Shown here: one piece after another, positions 42,231 to 52,029 of the stretch | How the letters are laid out: each line of letters starts with the position of its first letter | Position numbering within the stretch: position 1 is the stretch's first letter | Made by a program: the position numbers and the translations under genes | The notes under the pieces: model-generated | What the model saw: the letters and a program-made list of their open reading frames with translations, nothing else | The model's database searches: none | What the model was told of the DNA's origin: nothing | Source: an uncultured delta proteobacterium | Lineage (GTDB): Bacteria; Desulfobacterota; Binatia; UBA9968 | Assembly: GCA_963745035.1 (NCBI GenBank) | Contig: CAVUVW010000013.1 | Span: forward strand, 224,001 to 288,000 | Direction of reading: 5' to 3' | DNA: 64,000 nt

Positions 42231-42968
42231 TTATCCGACAGCCGCTTTCTTGGCACCCGCGGCATTTAAATGTTTCGCGAAGAAATCCAACGTCCGTGCC
42301 CACGAGGCACGATCGGCTTCAGGGCGATAGCTGGCGGCGCCCTCCTTGTTAAAGCCGTGGGGCGAATCGGCGTAGAAGAAGAACTCGTGCTCTTTACCCA
42401 GTTTTGTCAGCTCGCCGTCGAGGCGGCGCATCTCATCCGGCGGCGGATTCTTGTCGAGCTCGCCGAAATGCCCCTGGATCGGGCAGGAAACGTTGGCGGC
42501 GAGGCTCGAAGGCGCTGGGCGATCGCCCCACTGTGCGTAGACGCCGCCACCGTAGTAGTCTACGGCGGCTTTGAACGACTTGGTCGCGGCGGCCATTAAA
42601 AAGGCGATGCGCCCGCCCATGCAGAAACCAACTATGCCAAGATTCCTCGTGTCGGCTTCGGCGCAGCCGCGCAGAAATGCGATGGTCGCATCGATGTCGT
42701 TCAGCACGTTGGTGTCGTTGCGTGAATCCTTGATGCTCGCGGTTCGCTCGGGAGTCATGGGTTCGCCTTCACGATGATACAGCTGTGGGGCGATGCCGAA
42801 GTATCCGGCGCGCGCCACTCTCCGGGTCATTTCCTGGGTGAAATCCCGGACGCCGTCCTGATTCTGAATGACGATGATGGCCGGAAACGGCCCGGAACCT
42901 TCAGGCCGGCTCAAATACAAGCCCATCGGACTGTTATCGACCGTGACAGTTTCCCAAGAACTCTTCAT
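42231..42968 (-). CDS. Dienelactone hydrolase family protein
   Basis: GFCMGG, GELD, HGF. Confidence 0.92.
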   Translation of the reverse strand: MKSSWETVTVDNSPMGLYLSRPEGSGPFPAIIVIQNQDGVRDFTQEMTRRVARAGYFGIAPQLYHREGEPMTPERTASIKDSRNDTNVLNDIDATIAFLRGCAEADTRNLGIVGFCMGGRIAFLMAAATKSFKAAVDYYGGGVYAQWGDRPAPSSLAANVSCPIQGHFGELDKNPPPDEMRRLDGELTKLGKEHEFFFYADSPHGFNKEGAASYRPEADRASWARTLDFFAKHLNAAGAKKAAVG

Positions 42969-43123
42969 CGAGACCTCCAGACCGCTTGGTTTTGATAGAC
43001 TTTCACTTATGTCGTTGCGATTTGCCTGTCAAATGGATGTCGCCGTCAGGCTTGCCTCGTCAGCGAATGATGTTAGAACTAATCGTTCGCGGATTGATGG
43101 GTGCAACACAGAGGATTTTTAGG

Positions 43124-44557
43124 ATGAGATTGTCAGCGGGTAAGTTCCGTGCATTTTTGGCGGTCTTGCTGGTCGCGGCATTTACAGCTTCCGCGTCGAC
43201 CTGGGGAGCGCAGGCAAGAAACAGGCCTCAGGCTGAGCCTGCCAAGGCGATGACCGCAGCTGTTGCAGAGACAAAGGCGCCGCAAGCGCCGACCAGCTAT
43301 GATATCGAGTTCAAGGAGTTCAAGCTCAAAAATGGTCTGCGCGTCCTGCTCGCCGAAGATCACCGCGCGCCGACTTTTTCAATCTGCGTGACCTACAACG
43401 TCGGCTCGCGCGATGAGCAGCCGGGCCGGACCGGATTCGCTCACCTGTTCGAGCACATGCTGTTTCAAGGCTCGGAAAACGTCGGCAAAGGCGAGCACTT
43501 CATTCTGATTCAGAACAACGGCGGCAGCGCGAACGGCACCACCAACAGCGAGCGCACCAATTATTTCGAAACCTTGCCGGCCAACCAGCTGGAGCTAGGC
43601 ATTTTTCTCGAGGCCGACCGCATGCGCGCGCCGAGCATCACTCAAGCGAATTTCGATAACCAGCGCCTTACGGTGCAAGAAGAGCGGCGGCAAAGCTACG
43701 ATAATCGACCCTACGGGAAAACCTACGAAGCGGTCATCGGCCTCGCCTACGATCGCTTTCCTTACCAGCATTCGACCATTGGGTCGATGGAAGACCTCAA
43801 CGCGGCGACGATCGATGACGCGAGGGAATTTTTTCGCAAGTACTACGCGCCCAACAATGCCGTGCTATCGCTGGTCGGCGACTTCAAGACCGAGGTGGCG
43901 CTGGGCCTGGTAAAAAAATACTTCGAAGCGATCCCCGGCCAGGCGCCGCCGGCGCCGCCCGACACTTCGGAGCCGGAACAGACCGCCGAGCGGCGCAAGA
44001 TCATCGAAGACAGCTTTGCGCAAACTCCGCGGCTGGACATGGTCTACAAGATTCCTCCCGGCAATACGCCGGACTGGTATGCGCTCGACATGCTCGGCCG
44101 CGTGCTTTCGAGCGGAGTATCGTCGCGGCTTTACCAGAAATTCGTAAAGGAGAAGGAGATCGCGCTGAGCGTCTATGCCGATCCGAGTGAACAGCGCGGG
44201 CCGTCGTTGTTCTGGTTCAGCTTGATGGCGCGGCCCCACGCCGATCTCGGTGAGCTGGAGAAATTGCTCGACTTTGAGATTGCTCGGCTGCAAAACGAGC
44301 CGGTGGCGGAGTGGGAGTTCAAGAAAGTTCAGATGCAGCTCCGGCGCGAGCGCGCTCAGCGGGTTTACAGCAGCCGGTCGCGCGCCACCTCGCTCGGGCA
44401 TTTCGCGGTCTATTATCAAGACCCGGAATTGATCAACTCGGTCTGGAGTAACTACGAGCGCGTCACGCGCGCCGACTTGCAGCGGGTGGCGCAGCAATAT
44501 TTGACACCCAACCGGCGAAGCGTCGTGACCACCATGCCGAAGACCACTGCGAAGTAA
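43124..44557 (+). CDS. M16 family zinc peptidase, catalytic subunit
   Basis: LKNGL, GSRDE, HLFEH (HXXEH), signal peptide. Confidence 0.93.
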   Translation: MRLSAGKFRAFLAVLLVAAFTASASTWGAQARNRPQAEPAKAMTAAVAETKAPQAPTSYDIEFKEFKLKNGLRVLLAEDHRAPTFSICVTYNVGSRDEQPGRTGFAHLFEHMLFQGSENVGKGEHFILIQNNGGSANGTTNSERTNYFETLPANQLELGIFLEADRMRAPSITQANFDNQRLTVQEERRQSYDNRPYGKTYEAVIGLAYDRFPYQHSTIGSMEDLNAATIDDAREFFRKYYAPNNAVLSLVGDFKTEVALGLVKKYFEAIPGQAPPAPPDTSEPEQTAERRKIIEDSFAQTPRLDMVYKIPPGNTPDWYALDMLGRVLSSGVSSRLYQKFVKEKEIALSVYADPSEQRGPSLFWFSLMARPHADLGELEKLLDFEIARLQNEPVAEWEFKKVQMQLRRERAQRVYSSRSRATSLGHFAVYYQDPELINSVWSNYERVTRADLQRVAQQYLTPNRRSVVTTMPKTTAK

Positions 44558-44564
44558 TAGCCCT

Positions 44565-46061
44565 ATGAGAATCTCAAAGAAGTCATGCCTAGTCCGCTTT
44601 TGGCTCGCTACCTGCGCGCTCGTCGTGCTCGCAGTTCCGGCGTTGCGCGCGCAGGAAACCAGTCATTCGCCCAACGTTGTAGAGCGCAAGAATCGGGCGC
44701 CGGTATCGCGCGAGGTGCTGCAGGTCAAGCTGCCTCGTCCAATCGAAGCCAAGCTCAAGAACGGTCTTACCGTCTTGATCCTTGAAGACCGGCGCGCGCC
44801 GTTCGTAACTTTGCAGCTCTATCTCAACGGCGCCGGCGCGCTGTTTGAGCCGCGTGAGATGGCCGGCCTCGCCAACGCCACCGCTGTCATGTTGAACGAG
44901 GGAACTAGGTCGCGTAGCAGCGTGCAGATCGCCGAAGAGACCGACCGGCTCGGTGCCGCGCTCAGCGCCGGCTCCTCCTTCGGCTCGCCGGAAGCGGTGG
45001 TGAGCGCGTCGGGTTTGAGTGATAATTTCGATGATTGGTTCGAACTCTTCGCCGACGTTTTGCTCCAGCCGAGCTTTCCCGCAGACGAATTGGAAAAATT
45101 CAAGCAGCGCCAGCGCGCGCAGTTGCGCGAGCAGCGCTCTTCGTCCGGCTTCCTATTGGGCGAGCGGTTTAACCGCGCTGTCTACGGCGATCATCCGGCG
45201 TCGCGGGTCTCCGCCACTCCAGAGTCGTTGGATAAACTCAGCCGCGTCTCCTTGGTCGACTGGCACCGCCAGCGCTATGCACCGCAGAACGCGGTCCTCG
45301 GAATTGCCGGCGACGTGCGTGCCAAAGAGCTGATCGCGAAGTTGGAAAAGCGCTTGGCGGGCTGGAAACAGACCTCGGCGAAACAGGCACTGCCGAGCAA
45401 TCCGCCGGCGATCAAGTCACGCCGCGTGCTGCTGGTCGACCGGCCCAACTCGGTGCAGACCTCGCTTGCGCTCGGCAACATCGCCATCGAGCGGCGCAGC
45501 CCGGATTACATGCCGATGGTTGTCATGAATTACGTGCTTGGCGGCGGCGCTTCTTCGCGGTTGTTTCTCAATCTGCGCGAGGAAAAAGGCTACACCTACG
45601 GCGTGTACAGCGACTTCAGCGCACTGCGCTATCCGGGACCGTGGCGTGCGGGCGGCAACATGCGAACCGAGGTCACGGAAGGCGCGCTCGTCGAGTTTTT
45701 CAACGAGATCCGGCGCATCCGCGATGAAAAGGTGACGGCGGACGAACTCGACGCGAGCAAGCGGGCGATCGTCGCGAGCTTCGCGCTGTCGCTCGAGCAG
45801 CCCTCGCGTATGCTCAGTTTTGCCATCACCTCGAAGCTGTACGGCTTGCCGCCCGACTATTGGGATGCCTATCCGGCGAAAATCATGGCGGTGAGCGCCG
45901 ACGATGTCCAACGAGTGGCGCGCGCCTATCTGAATCCCGACACGCTGCAACTGGTGGCGGTGGGTGATGCCGGCAGGATCAAGGCGGCTTTGGAGAAATA
46001 CGGCGCGGTGGAGGTCTTCGAGGCTGCCGGCACACCGCGCGCGGCCGCGCAGACGCCGTAG
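44565..46061 (+). CDS. M16 family peptidase, non-catalytic partner subunit
   Basis: LKNGL, no HXXEH, SRLFLNLREEKGYTY. Confidence 0.9.
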   Translation: MRISKKSCLVRFWLATCALVVLAVPALRAQETSHSPNVVERKNRAPVSREVLQVKLPRPIEAKLKNGLTVLILEDRRAPFVTLQLYLNGAGALFEPREMAGLANATAVMLNEGTRSRSSVQIAEETDRLGAALSAGSSFGSPEAVVSASGLSDNFDDWFELFADVLLQPSFPADELEKFKQRQRAQLREQRSSSGFLLGERFNRAVYGDHPASRVSATPESLDKLSRVSLVDWHRQRYAPQNAVLGIAGDVRAKELIAKLEKRLAGWKQTSAKQALPSNPPAIKSRRVLLVDRPNSVQTSLALGNIAIERRSPDYMPMVVMNYVLGGGASSRLFLNLREEKGYTYGVYSDFSALRYPGPWRAGGNMRTEVTEGALVEFFNEIRRIRDEKVTADELDASKRAIVASFALSLEQPSRMLSFAITSKLYGLPPDYWDAYPAKIMAVSADDVQRVARAYLNPDTLQLVAVGDAGRIKAALEKYGAVEVFEAAGTPRAAAQTP

Positions 46062-46139
46062 CTGCCCTGCTCCGCCTGATTGCGCGGCAGCCACCGCGTC
46101 CGCCGTAAACTCCCGCCCCAAACGATCCAAGCCGCGCTC

Positions 46140-46169
46140 TTGTTTCGCACGGCGTTCTGCCAATATAAT
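46140..46169 (+). promoter_or_regulatory. Sigma70 promoter TTGTTT-N18-TATAAT
   Basis: TATAAT 46164-46169 upstream of the CoA-transferase. Confidence 0.5.
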
Positions 46170-46205
46170 TCGCCAGCTTGAGAGCATCGCGTATGAGGCG
46201 TCAAA

Positions 46206-48611
46206 ATGCCGGATGAACTTTCTACCTTCGAAGCTGCGTTGACCGGCCTGCGCGTCCTGGATTTGACCGGAAAGATGGGCGGCTACTGCGGTTTGCTGCT
46301 CGCCAACCTGGGCGCGGAAGTGATTCTTGTCGAACCGCCCGGCGGCGATCCGCTGCGCGGTGAGCCGCCGTTCAAAGACGATCAGCCCGGCCCGGAGCGA
46401 AGCTTGTCCTTTGCGGCGTACCATACCAACAAGCGCGGCATCGTTCTCGATCTGAAGGACCAAGAGGATTGCCGGGCGCTGCGCGAGCTTGCGCGACACG
46501 CCGATGCGCTGCTCGAAGACCAAGCGCCCGGCTTCCTCGACCATCACGACCTCGGGTATCGCGCGCTGCGCTCGATCAACCCTGCGCTGGTGATGACGTC
46601 GATCAGCGGATTCGGCCAATCCGGTCCGTATCGCGATTTCCGGGCGCCGAACATCGTTGCCTTCGCGATGGGCGGCTTGATGAACCTCTGCGGCCATCCG
46701 GGCAGAGCGCCGCTGATGGGCCCGTGCGACGTCGCCTATCATTTGGGTTCGGTGCACGCCGCTTTCGGCACCCTGGTGGCGCTGTTCAACCGGCGCCAGA
46801 CGGGCTTGGGCGATCACGTCGAAGTCTCGCTCCAGGACGTCCTTGTCGCCGACCCGTTTCTGCGCGTGATCACGCGCCACAGCGTGACCGGCGAAATTCC
46901 CGAGCGCACCGGCCACAGCCAATCGACGACCGTCGCCGAGACCTATCAATGCCGCGACGGCTACGCGCGCATCTTCGTCAATCAGGCGGATCACTGGAAA
47001 CGGTTTATCGAATGGCTCGGCCGCCCGCCTGACCTGCTCGATCCAAAACTGGAAAACGTGCAGAACCGCTTTCCGCTGCGCCAGCAGATCGATCGGCTGG
47101 TCGAAGCGCGCACTCTCAACTACGACGTGAAACAGTTCTTCGAGGAGTTTCAGGGCCTGCGCCTGGCCGCCGCGCCGATCAATCCGCCGAGCGCGTTTCT
47201 GGCCGATGAGCAGACCCAGCATCGAAATTACCTGGCGACGGTCGATCATGTGCATCTCGGCAGCCATCAGTTTCCGGGCGACCCTTATCATTTTTCCGAA
47301 AGTCCGTGGCGCATCGAGCGCGGCGCGCCGCTTCTGGGCGAGCACCAGATAGAGATCGATGCCGCGTGGGCGCGTCCTTCGGGTTGGCTCGGCGCACGTG
47401 CGGCGACTGGGCCGGCGACGGGCAAGAGTCTTTTCGAAGGCATCCGCGTCGTCAGCTTCCCCACCGGAATCGTCGGCCCCGCGCTTGCCGGCCTGCTCGC
47501 CGAGCACGGCGCGGAAGTGATTTCCATCGAGCCCGGCGCGGCGGCCGGCCGCCAGCTCACGCAGAAGTTCCAACTCGCCGCGGAGCTGGAAGGCTATCGC
47601 GATCGCAGGCGCATCGCCATCAACATGAAGGCTCCCGATGGCGTGGCGCTGGCACGCCGGCTGATCGCCAAGTCCGATGTCGTGGTGGAAAATTTCAGCG
47701 CCCGGGTGATGGCAAGCTGGGGCCTCGACTATGCGCGGCTGAAAGAGATTTGTCCGCAGATCATCATGGCCAGCCTGCAGGCTTTCGGGCAGACCGGGCC
47801 CAGACGCGAGTACGTGAGCTTCGGCCCGATTCTCATGTCTTACTGCGGCATGGCGTACCTCTGGCGCGATCCGGACGTCGAGCGGCCCGGCGCCGGCTGC
47901 CAGACGGCATTTCCCGACTACGTCGCGCCGTCCTACGGCGCGCTGGCGATCTTGGCCGCGCTCCACTATCGCGCGCGCACCGGCAGGGGACAGTACATCG
48001 ATATCTCGCAAGCGGAAACCGCGGGGTCGATGATCGGGCCGGCGTATCTGGAATATCTCGTGAACGGGCGCGAGCCGCAGCCCCGAGGAAATTTCAGCCC
48101 GATGATCGCGCCCCACGGCTGTTACCGGTGCAAGGGCGACGACCGCTGGTGCGTGATCGCCATCCAATCGCAGGAGGAGTGGGTACGCTTTTGCGAACTC
48201 GCCGGCCACCGCGAGTGGTTGTCGGATCATAGATTCGGTGAGCCGGCCGGCAGGGTGCAGTACCGCCAGGAGCTCGATTATTGGATCGGCAAGTGGACGG
48301 CGCGCTACACGCCGCATCAGTTGATGCTGATGTTGCAGCGCGCGGGCATCGCCGCAGGGGCGGTGCAAACGGCCGAAGATCTGTACCGCGATCCGCACTT
48401 GCGCGAGCGCGGCTCGGCGCGCGAAGTCTTTCATCCGCAGCTTGGCTCGGTGACCCGCGCCGGACCGAGCGTTCGCACCGCCTACTCCGCGCCGGCGCGA
48501 ACCGGCTTTGCCCATGTCACGGGCGAGGACAACGAGTCGGTGCTCGGTGAGATTCTCGGCATGTCGCTTGACGAAATTCGCGATCTGTTCGACCGCCAAG
48601 TGCTGCGTTAA
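46206..48611 (+). CDS. Family III CoA-transferase (CaiB/BaiF), two fused domains
   Basis: LTGLRVLDL...GAEVI and FEGIRVV...GAEVI; two FGQ.GP motifs. Confidence 0.92.
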   Translation: MPDELSTFEAALTGLRVLDLTGKMGGYCGLLLANLGAEVILVEPPGGDPLRGEPPFKDDQPGPERSLSFAAYHTNKRGIVLDLKDQEDCRALRELARHADALLEDQAPGFLDHHDLGYRALRSINPALVMTSISGFGQSGPYRDFRAPNIVAFAMGGLMNLCGHPGRAPLMGPCDVAYHLGSVHAAFGTLVALFNRRQTGLGDHVEVSLQDVLVADPFLRVITRHSVTGEIPERTGHSQSTTVAETYQCRDGYARIFVNQADHWKRFIEWLGRPPDLLDPKLENVQNRFPLRQQIDRLVEARTLNYDVKQFFEEFQGLRLAAAPINPPSAFLADEQTQHRNYLATVDHVHLGSHQFPGDPYHFSESPWRIERGAPLLGEHQIEIDAAWARPSGWLGARAATGPATGKSLFEGIRVVSFPTGIVGPALAGLLAEHGAEVISIEPGAAAGRQLTQKFQLAAELEGYRDRRRIAINMKAPDGVALARRLIAKSDVVVENFSARVMASWGLDYARLKEICPQIIMASLQAFGQTGPRREYVSFGPILMSYCGMAYLWRDPDVERPGAGCQTAFPDYVAPSYGALAILAALHYRARTGRGQYIDISQAETAGSMIGPAYLEYLVNGREPQPRGNFSPMIAPHGCYRCKGDDRWCVIAIQSQEEWVRFCELAGHREWLSDHRFGEPAGRVQYRQELDYWIGKWTARYTPHQLMLMLQRAGIAAGAVQTAEDLYRDPHLRERGSAREVFHPQLGSVTRAGPSVRTAYSAPARTGFAHVTGEDNESVLGEILGMSLDEIRDLFDRQVLR

Positions 48612-48636
48612 GCGCATCCCGGTTGCGCTCCGAGAG

Positions 48637-49281
48637 ATGCCGCTGGAAAAATCCCGTCTCGGACCGGCCACCGATCGATCGATCCGCAGAGCCGAGCGCC
48701 GGCTCGCAGCAGCCGATCCGATCATGAAACGGTTGATCGGCGCTCACGGGCATTGCCCGCTGGCGGCGCGCGAATACGCGCCGTTTCACATGCTCGCCAA
48801 TTCGATCATCAGCCAGCAGCTTTCGACCAGGGCCGCCGCGGCGATCAAACAAAGGCTGGCGGCCGTGATCCCGCCGCCGTTTGCGCCGGAAAGATTTCTG
48901 CAACTTTCGCCCGAACAGCTCCATGCCGCCGGCCTGTCGCAAGCCAAGGCGCGCTACATCGCGGCGTTGGCGGCGCGCGTGTGCGAGGGACGGCTGGTGT
49001 TCGATGAAATCGTCGCGCAGGACGATGAGACGGTGATCCAAGCGCTCTCGGAATGCCCCGGCATCGGCCGTTGGACGGCCGAGATGTTTCTGATTTTCGC
49101 GCTTAAACGGCTCGACGTGCTCGCCGCCGGCGACGCTGGATTGCAGCGCGCGGCCAGCGTGCTCTACGGCAAACAGAGGCGCTCTAAGAATTTACTGCCG
49201 CGAGTCGCCCAGGCCTGGCGGCCTTATCGATCGGTGGCGTCGTGGTATTTGTGGAAATCGCTGGAGCCGCCTGATCGATGA
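48637..49281 (+). CDS. alkA: DNA-3-methyladenine glycosylase II family
   Basis: IISQQLS, GLSQAKARYI, PGIGRWTAEM, D.G, WRPYRS. Confidence 0.88.
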   Translation: MPLEKSRLGPATDRSIRRAERRLAAADPIMKRLIGAHGHCPLAAREYAPFHMLANSIISQQLSTRAAAAIKQRLAAVIPPPFAPERFLQLSPEQLHAAGLSQAKARYIAALAARVCEGRLVFDEIVAQDDETVIQALSECPGIGRWTAEMFLIFALKRLDVLAAGDAGLQRAASVLYGKQRRSKNLLPRVAQAWRPYRSVASWYLWKSLEPPDR

Positions 49282-49291
49282 ATGGTGCGTA

Positions 49292-49912
49292 CTATGACCT
49301 GCCGCGCCAGATGTCGATGACTTCCTGTGAGCTCGCCACCCGGCCGTAGTGTTTTTTCACCAGCGCCACCGCCTCATGGTGCGCCTGGGGCCCGTAGGTG
49401 GTGGCGCAGCAGTCTTCTACCAGCGTGATGTAGTAATCCAACATAAAGCCGACGGTGAGCGTGTGAAAAACGCACATGCCGGTGCCGACGCCGGTGACGA
49501 GCAAACTTTTTACGCCGCGGGCGCGCAGCAGCATGTCCAAGTCGGTGCCGATGAACGCGCTATAACGGTGCTTGGTCACCACCATCTCCTGCGCGTGCGG
49601 CTCCAGTCCGGCATGAAACTCGGCGCCCCAGCTTCCTTCGGCACAAGCGAGCAATTCGGGATTTTTGAACTCCGTCCACACCGGAGAGTTCGTCCATTGA
49701 TTTCCCGACGTACGCACGAAGCAGATCGGGAAACCCCGCTCGCGCGCGGCGCCGACCAAGCCGATCAGGCGCGGTATCATATTTTGCACGAAACCCATGT
49801 CGCGGCCGCGTTTGCAGGCGGCGCCATCGCGGTGGCAGAAATCGTTCTGCATGTCGACGACCACCAGCATGCCGTGACTGGGATCGGCGCGTTCGAAAAG
49901 AGACAGAGCCAT
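49292..49912 (-). CDS. Isochorismatase-family cysteine hydrolase (RutB-like)
   Basis: VDMQNDF, KHRYSAF, G..T..CV catalytic D/K/C. Confidence 0.9.
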   Translation of the reverse strand: MALSLFERADPSHGMLVVVDMQNDFCHRDGAACKRGRDMGFVQNMIPRLIGLVGAARERGFPICFVRTSGNQWTNSPVWTEFKNPELLACAEGSWGAEFHAGLEPHAQEMVVTKHRYSAFIGTDLDMLLRARGVKSLLVTGVGTGMCVFHTLTVGFMLDYYITLVEDCCATTYGPQAHHEAVALVKKHYGRVASSQEVIDIWRGRS

Positions 49913-49922
49913 CGATGAATCC

Positions 49923-50933
49923 TTATTGGTAAAGCTTCTTGATGAAGCCGCTCTCGTCCAGCTCTTTGACCAGACTGTTGTCGAAGAAGGTTTGCGGATT
50001 GGCTGAGCGCGCCCGCGGGTTGTCTTTGGCGTAAAAATCCAAAAGCGTAGTCACGCCTTTCAAGGAAACATAGGGCGCGTTTTCGAAGTAGCCGGAGGTG
50101 TAGAGAACGTGGGAGCGTTCGAGATACTTGGTCTGCCCCGGCGCCGTGCGCAGCTTCTTGGCGAGCACGTCGAGGCTTTCCTTCTTGTTTTTCTTGAAAT
50201 AGGCGATGCCCTCAACGTAGCCCCTCATGAAACGCAACGCCAGATCGCGGTTGGCGCGGAGGTAGGCGCGCGTCGTGTCGATCATGCTGTGCAAGTAGTA
50301 AATGTCCATATCGGCTAGATCGGCGAGGGTCCGGTAGCCTTGATCCTCGGCAAAGAAAAAAGTCGGCTCGGTAAGCACGGCGGCGTCGATGCCGCCTTTC
50401 TCGAGCGCCGCCATCATCGCCGGCGAGGAGCCGACCTGAATCATCTGCACGTCGCTCGGGTTCATGTTCCAGCCGCGCAGCATAATCAGCAGCACCAGAT
50501 GCGACGCGGCGCCGAAGCGGGTGACTCCGACCTTTTTACCGCGGAGATCCTCCGGCCGGCGCAGGTCGCTGCGCGCCATCACGCGCTGCACGCCCTTGTT
50601 GACGATGGAGCCGATCATGATCACATCTGCGCCACTCAGGGCGGCGTTGATTACCCCGCCGCCTCCACCGCCGAGAAACTGCACATCTCCGGCAATCAGT
50701 GAGCTGACGCCGCCAGCCGATGCGCCGCCCATCAAAACCACCTCTGAGTCGATGCCGTGCTTCTTGAACAGACCTTTGTCTTCGGCAATCCACAGGGCGG
50801 CATTGATCGGGGTAAACGAGCTCAAGCCGATGCGCACGCGATCGGCGCCGGCCGTGGGCTGGAGAAAGAAACAAAATACGCCGGCTACGATCAAATAGAC
50901 AAAGAGGAATTGCGATGCCTGCCGATTCATCAT
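49923..50933 (-). CDS. ABC substrate-binding protein, NMT1/SsuA-like
   Basis: GLFKKHGI, DLRGKKVGVTRFG, C-terminal ELDESGFIKKLY shared with 3367-4363. Confidence 0.9.
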   Translation of the reverse strand: MMNRQASQFLFVYLIVAGVFCFFLQPTAGADRVRIGLSSFTPINAALWIAEDKGLFKKHGIDSEVVLMGGASAGGVSSLIAGDVQFLGGGGGGVINAALSGADVIMIGSIVNKGVQRVMARSDLRRPEDLRGKKVGVTRFGAASHLVLLIMLRGWNMNPSDVQMIQVGSSPAMMAALEKGGIDAAVLTEPTFFFAEDQGYRTLADLADMDIYYLHSMIDTTRAYLRANRDLALRFMRGYVEGIAYFKKNKKESLDVLAKKLRTAPGQTKYLERSHVLYTSGYFENAPYVSLKGVTTLLDFYAKDNPRARSANPQTFFDNSLVKELDESGFIKKLYQ

Positions 50934-51080
50934 CTTTCTCCGAATTCACCAGGACGAACTACGCAGACGCCAGCAACGCTCGTTAGCTTGCTGTACGACG
51001 GCAATGACCGGTCTCTTTTCTCGTGATCGTTCGTTTCTGGACAAACGATGACCCGCGAAACACGTTGACAACTTGTCGGC

Positions 51081-51893
51081 TTACTTGCGATCTTCCGGTT
51101 TCACGTATTTCACTGACGCGCCGCCTTTTTGCGAGTGCAGATAACCTTCGACGTCGCTCAACGGGTTGGTGTAGTAGCGCAAGCGGTGCTGCACCAGATC
51201 GTCGGCGCGCAATGCCATGTCGAAGGGCAGATCTTTTTGCATGTAGGCGGCGATCTTGGCGTTTTCCAGAGTCGCGCCGTTGCGGCTGGCGAGTTCGGTG
51301 GCCAAGGTGTCCACGTAGGCATCGAGATCTTTGTCCGGCACCACGTCGGACACGAGCCCGACGCGTTCCGCCTCGACGCCGGTCAAGTTCCTCCCGGTGA
51401 GCGAGATGAAAAAAGCTTTTTTAAAGGGGATGCCGGCGTGAAACAGCGACGGCGTCGCGGTGGCGCCATAGCTGCCGCGGATCACTTCGGGCATGCCGTA
51501 TTTGGCGGACTCGGCGCTGATAACGAGGTCGTGGCCGTTGATCATCGCAAGCCCGCCGCCCAGGCACCAGCCGCGCACTTTGGCGACGGTTACCTGCGGC
51601 AGCTTGCGCATGACGTCGACGATCTCGGCGACCCCGCCGAATCCGCGCGTTCGGCGCCGATTGTCCTGTCCCCTCATGTCGTAGAGATCGCGGCCCGACG
51701 AATAAGAGTCGCCGGCGCCGGCGGTGACGATGCAGCGGATTTTGTCATTTTCCGCAAGCGAGCGCAGCACGCTTGAAAGCTCCGCCAGCAGGGCCACGCT
51801 CAAGGCGTTTTTTTTCTCCGGCCGATTAAGGGTCAGCCAGGCGATGCCGGCGGTTTCGTCGATGTTGGCGTTGATGAATTTAGTATCCGACAT
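51081..51893 (-). CDS. Enoyl-CoA hydratase/isomerase (hydroxycinnamoyl-CoA hydratase-lyase-like)
   Basis: LNRPEKKNAL, SSGRDL, GWCLGGG, GMPE. Confidence 0.88.
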   Translation of the reverse strand: MSDTKFINANIDETAGIAWLTLNRPEKKNALSVALLAELSSVLRSLAENDKIRCIVTAGAGDSYSSGRDLYDMRGQDNRRRTRGFGGVAEIVDVMRKLPQVTVAKVRGWCLGGGLAMINGHDLVISAESAKYGMPEVIRGSYGATATPSLFHAGIPFKKAFFISLTGRNLTGVEAERVGLVSDVVPDKDLDAYVDTLATELASRNGATLENAKIAAYMQKDLPFDMALRADDLVQHRLRYYTNPLSDVEGYLHSQKGGASVKYVKPEDRK

Positions 51894-51950
51894 GGGGTTA
51901 CTCCGCTGGTTTGAATTTGTTCAAGACGTTCAACTCGTTTAGTCGTTAGT

Positions 51951-52012
51951 CTGTCATTTCGAGGTGAAGCCGAGAAATCTTGCCGAAGATCTCTCACTTG
52001 TTCAGATGATGG
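51951..52012. repeat. REP-like palindromic element
   Basis: TGTCATTTCGAG...GAGAAATCT...AGATCTCTC...GATGAT nested inverted repeat. Confidence 0.6.
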
Positions 52013-52029
52013 TCGCCAATGAGTTTAGC

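Noticed and set aside
43124-46061. M16 peptidase pair as a RiPP/PQQ maturation system
   Set aside because: No precursor peptide or radical SAM gene is nearby; catalytic plus non-catalytic M16B pairs are common.
45417-48725. 1102-aa minus-strand ORF and other long antisense ORFs (e.g. 9-1184, 20936-22567, 33154-34686, 35779-37266)
   Set aside because: Shadow ORFs opposite well-supported genes in high-GC DNA, with no recognisable motifs.
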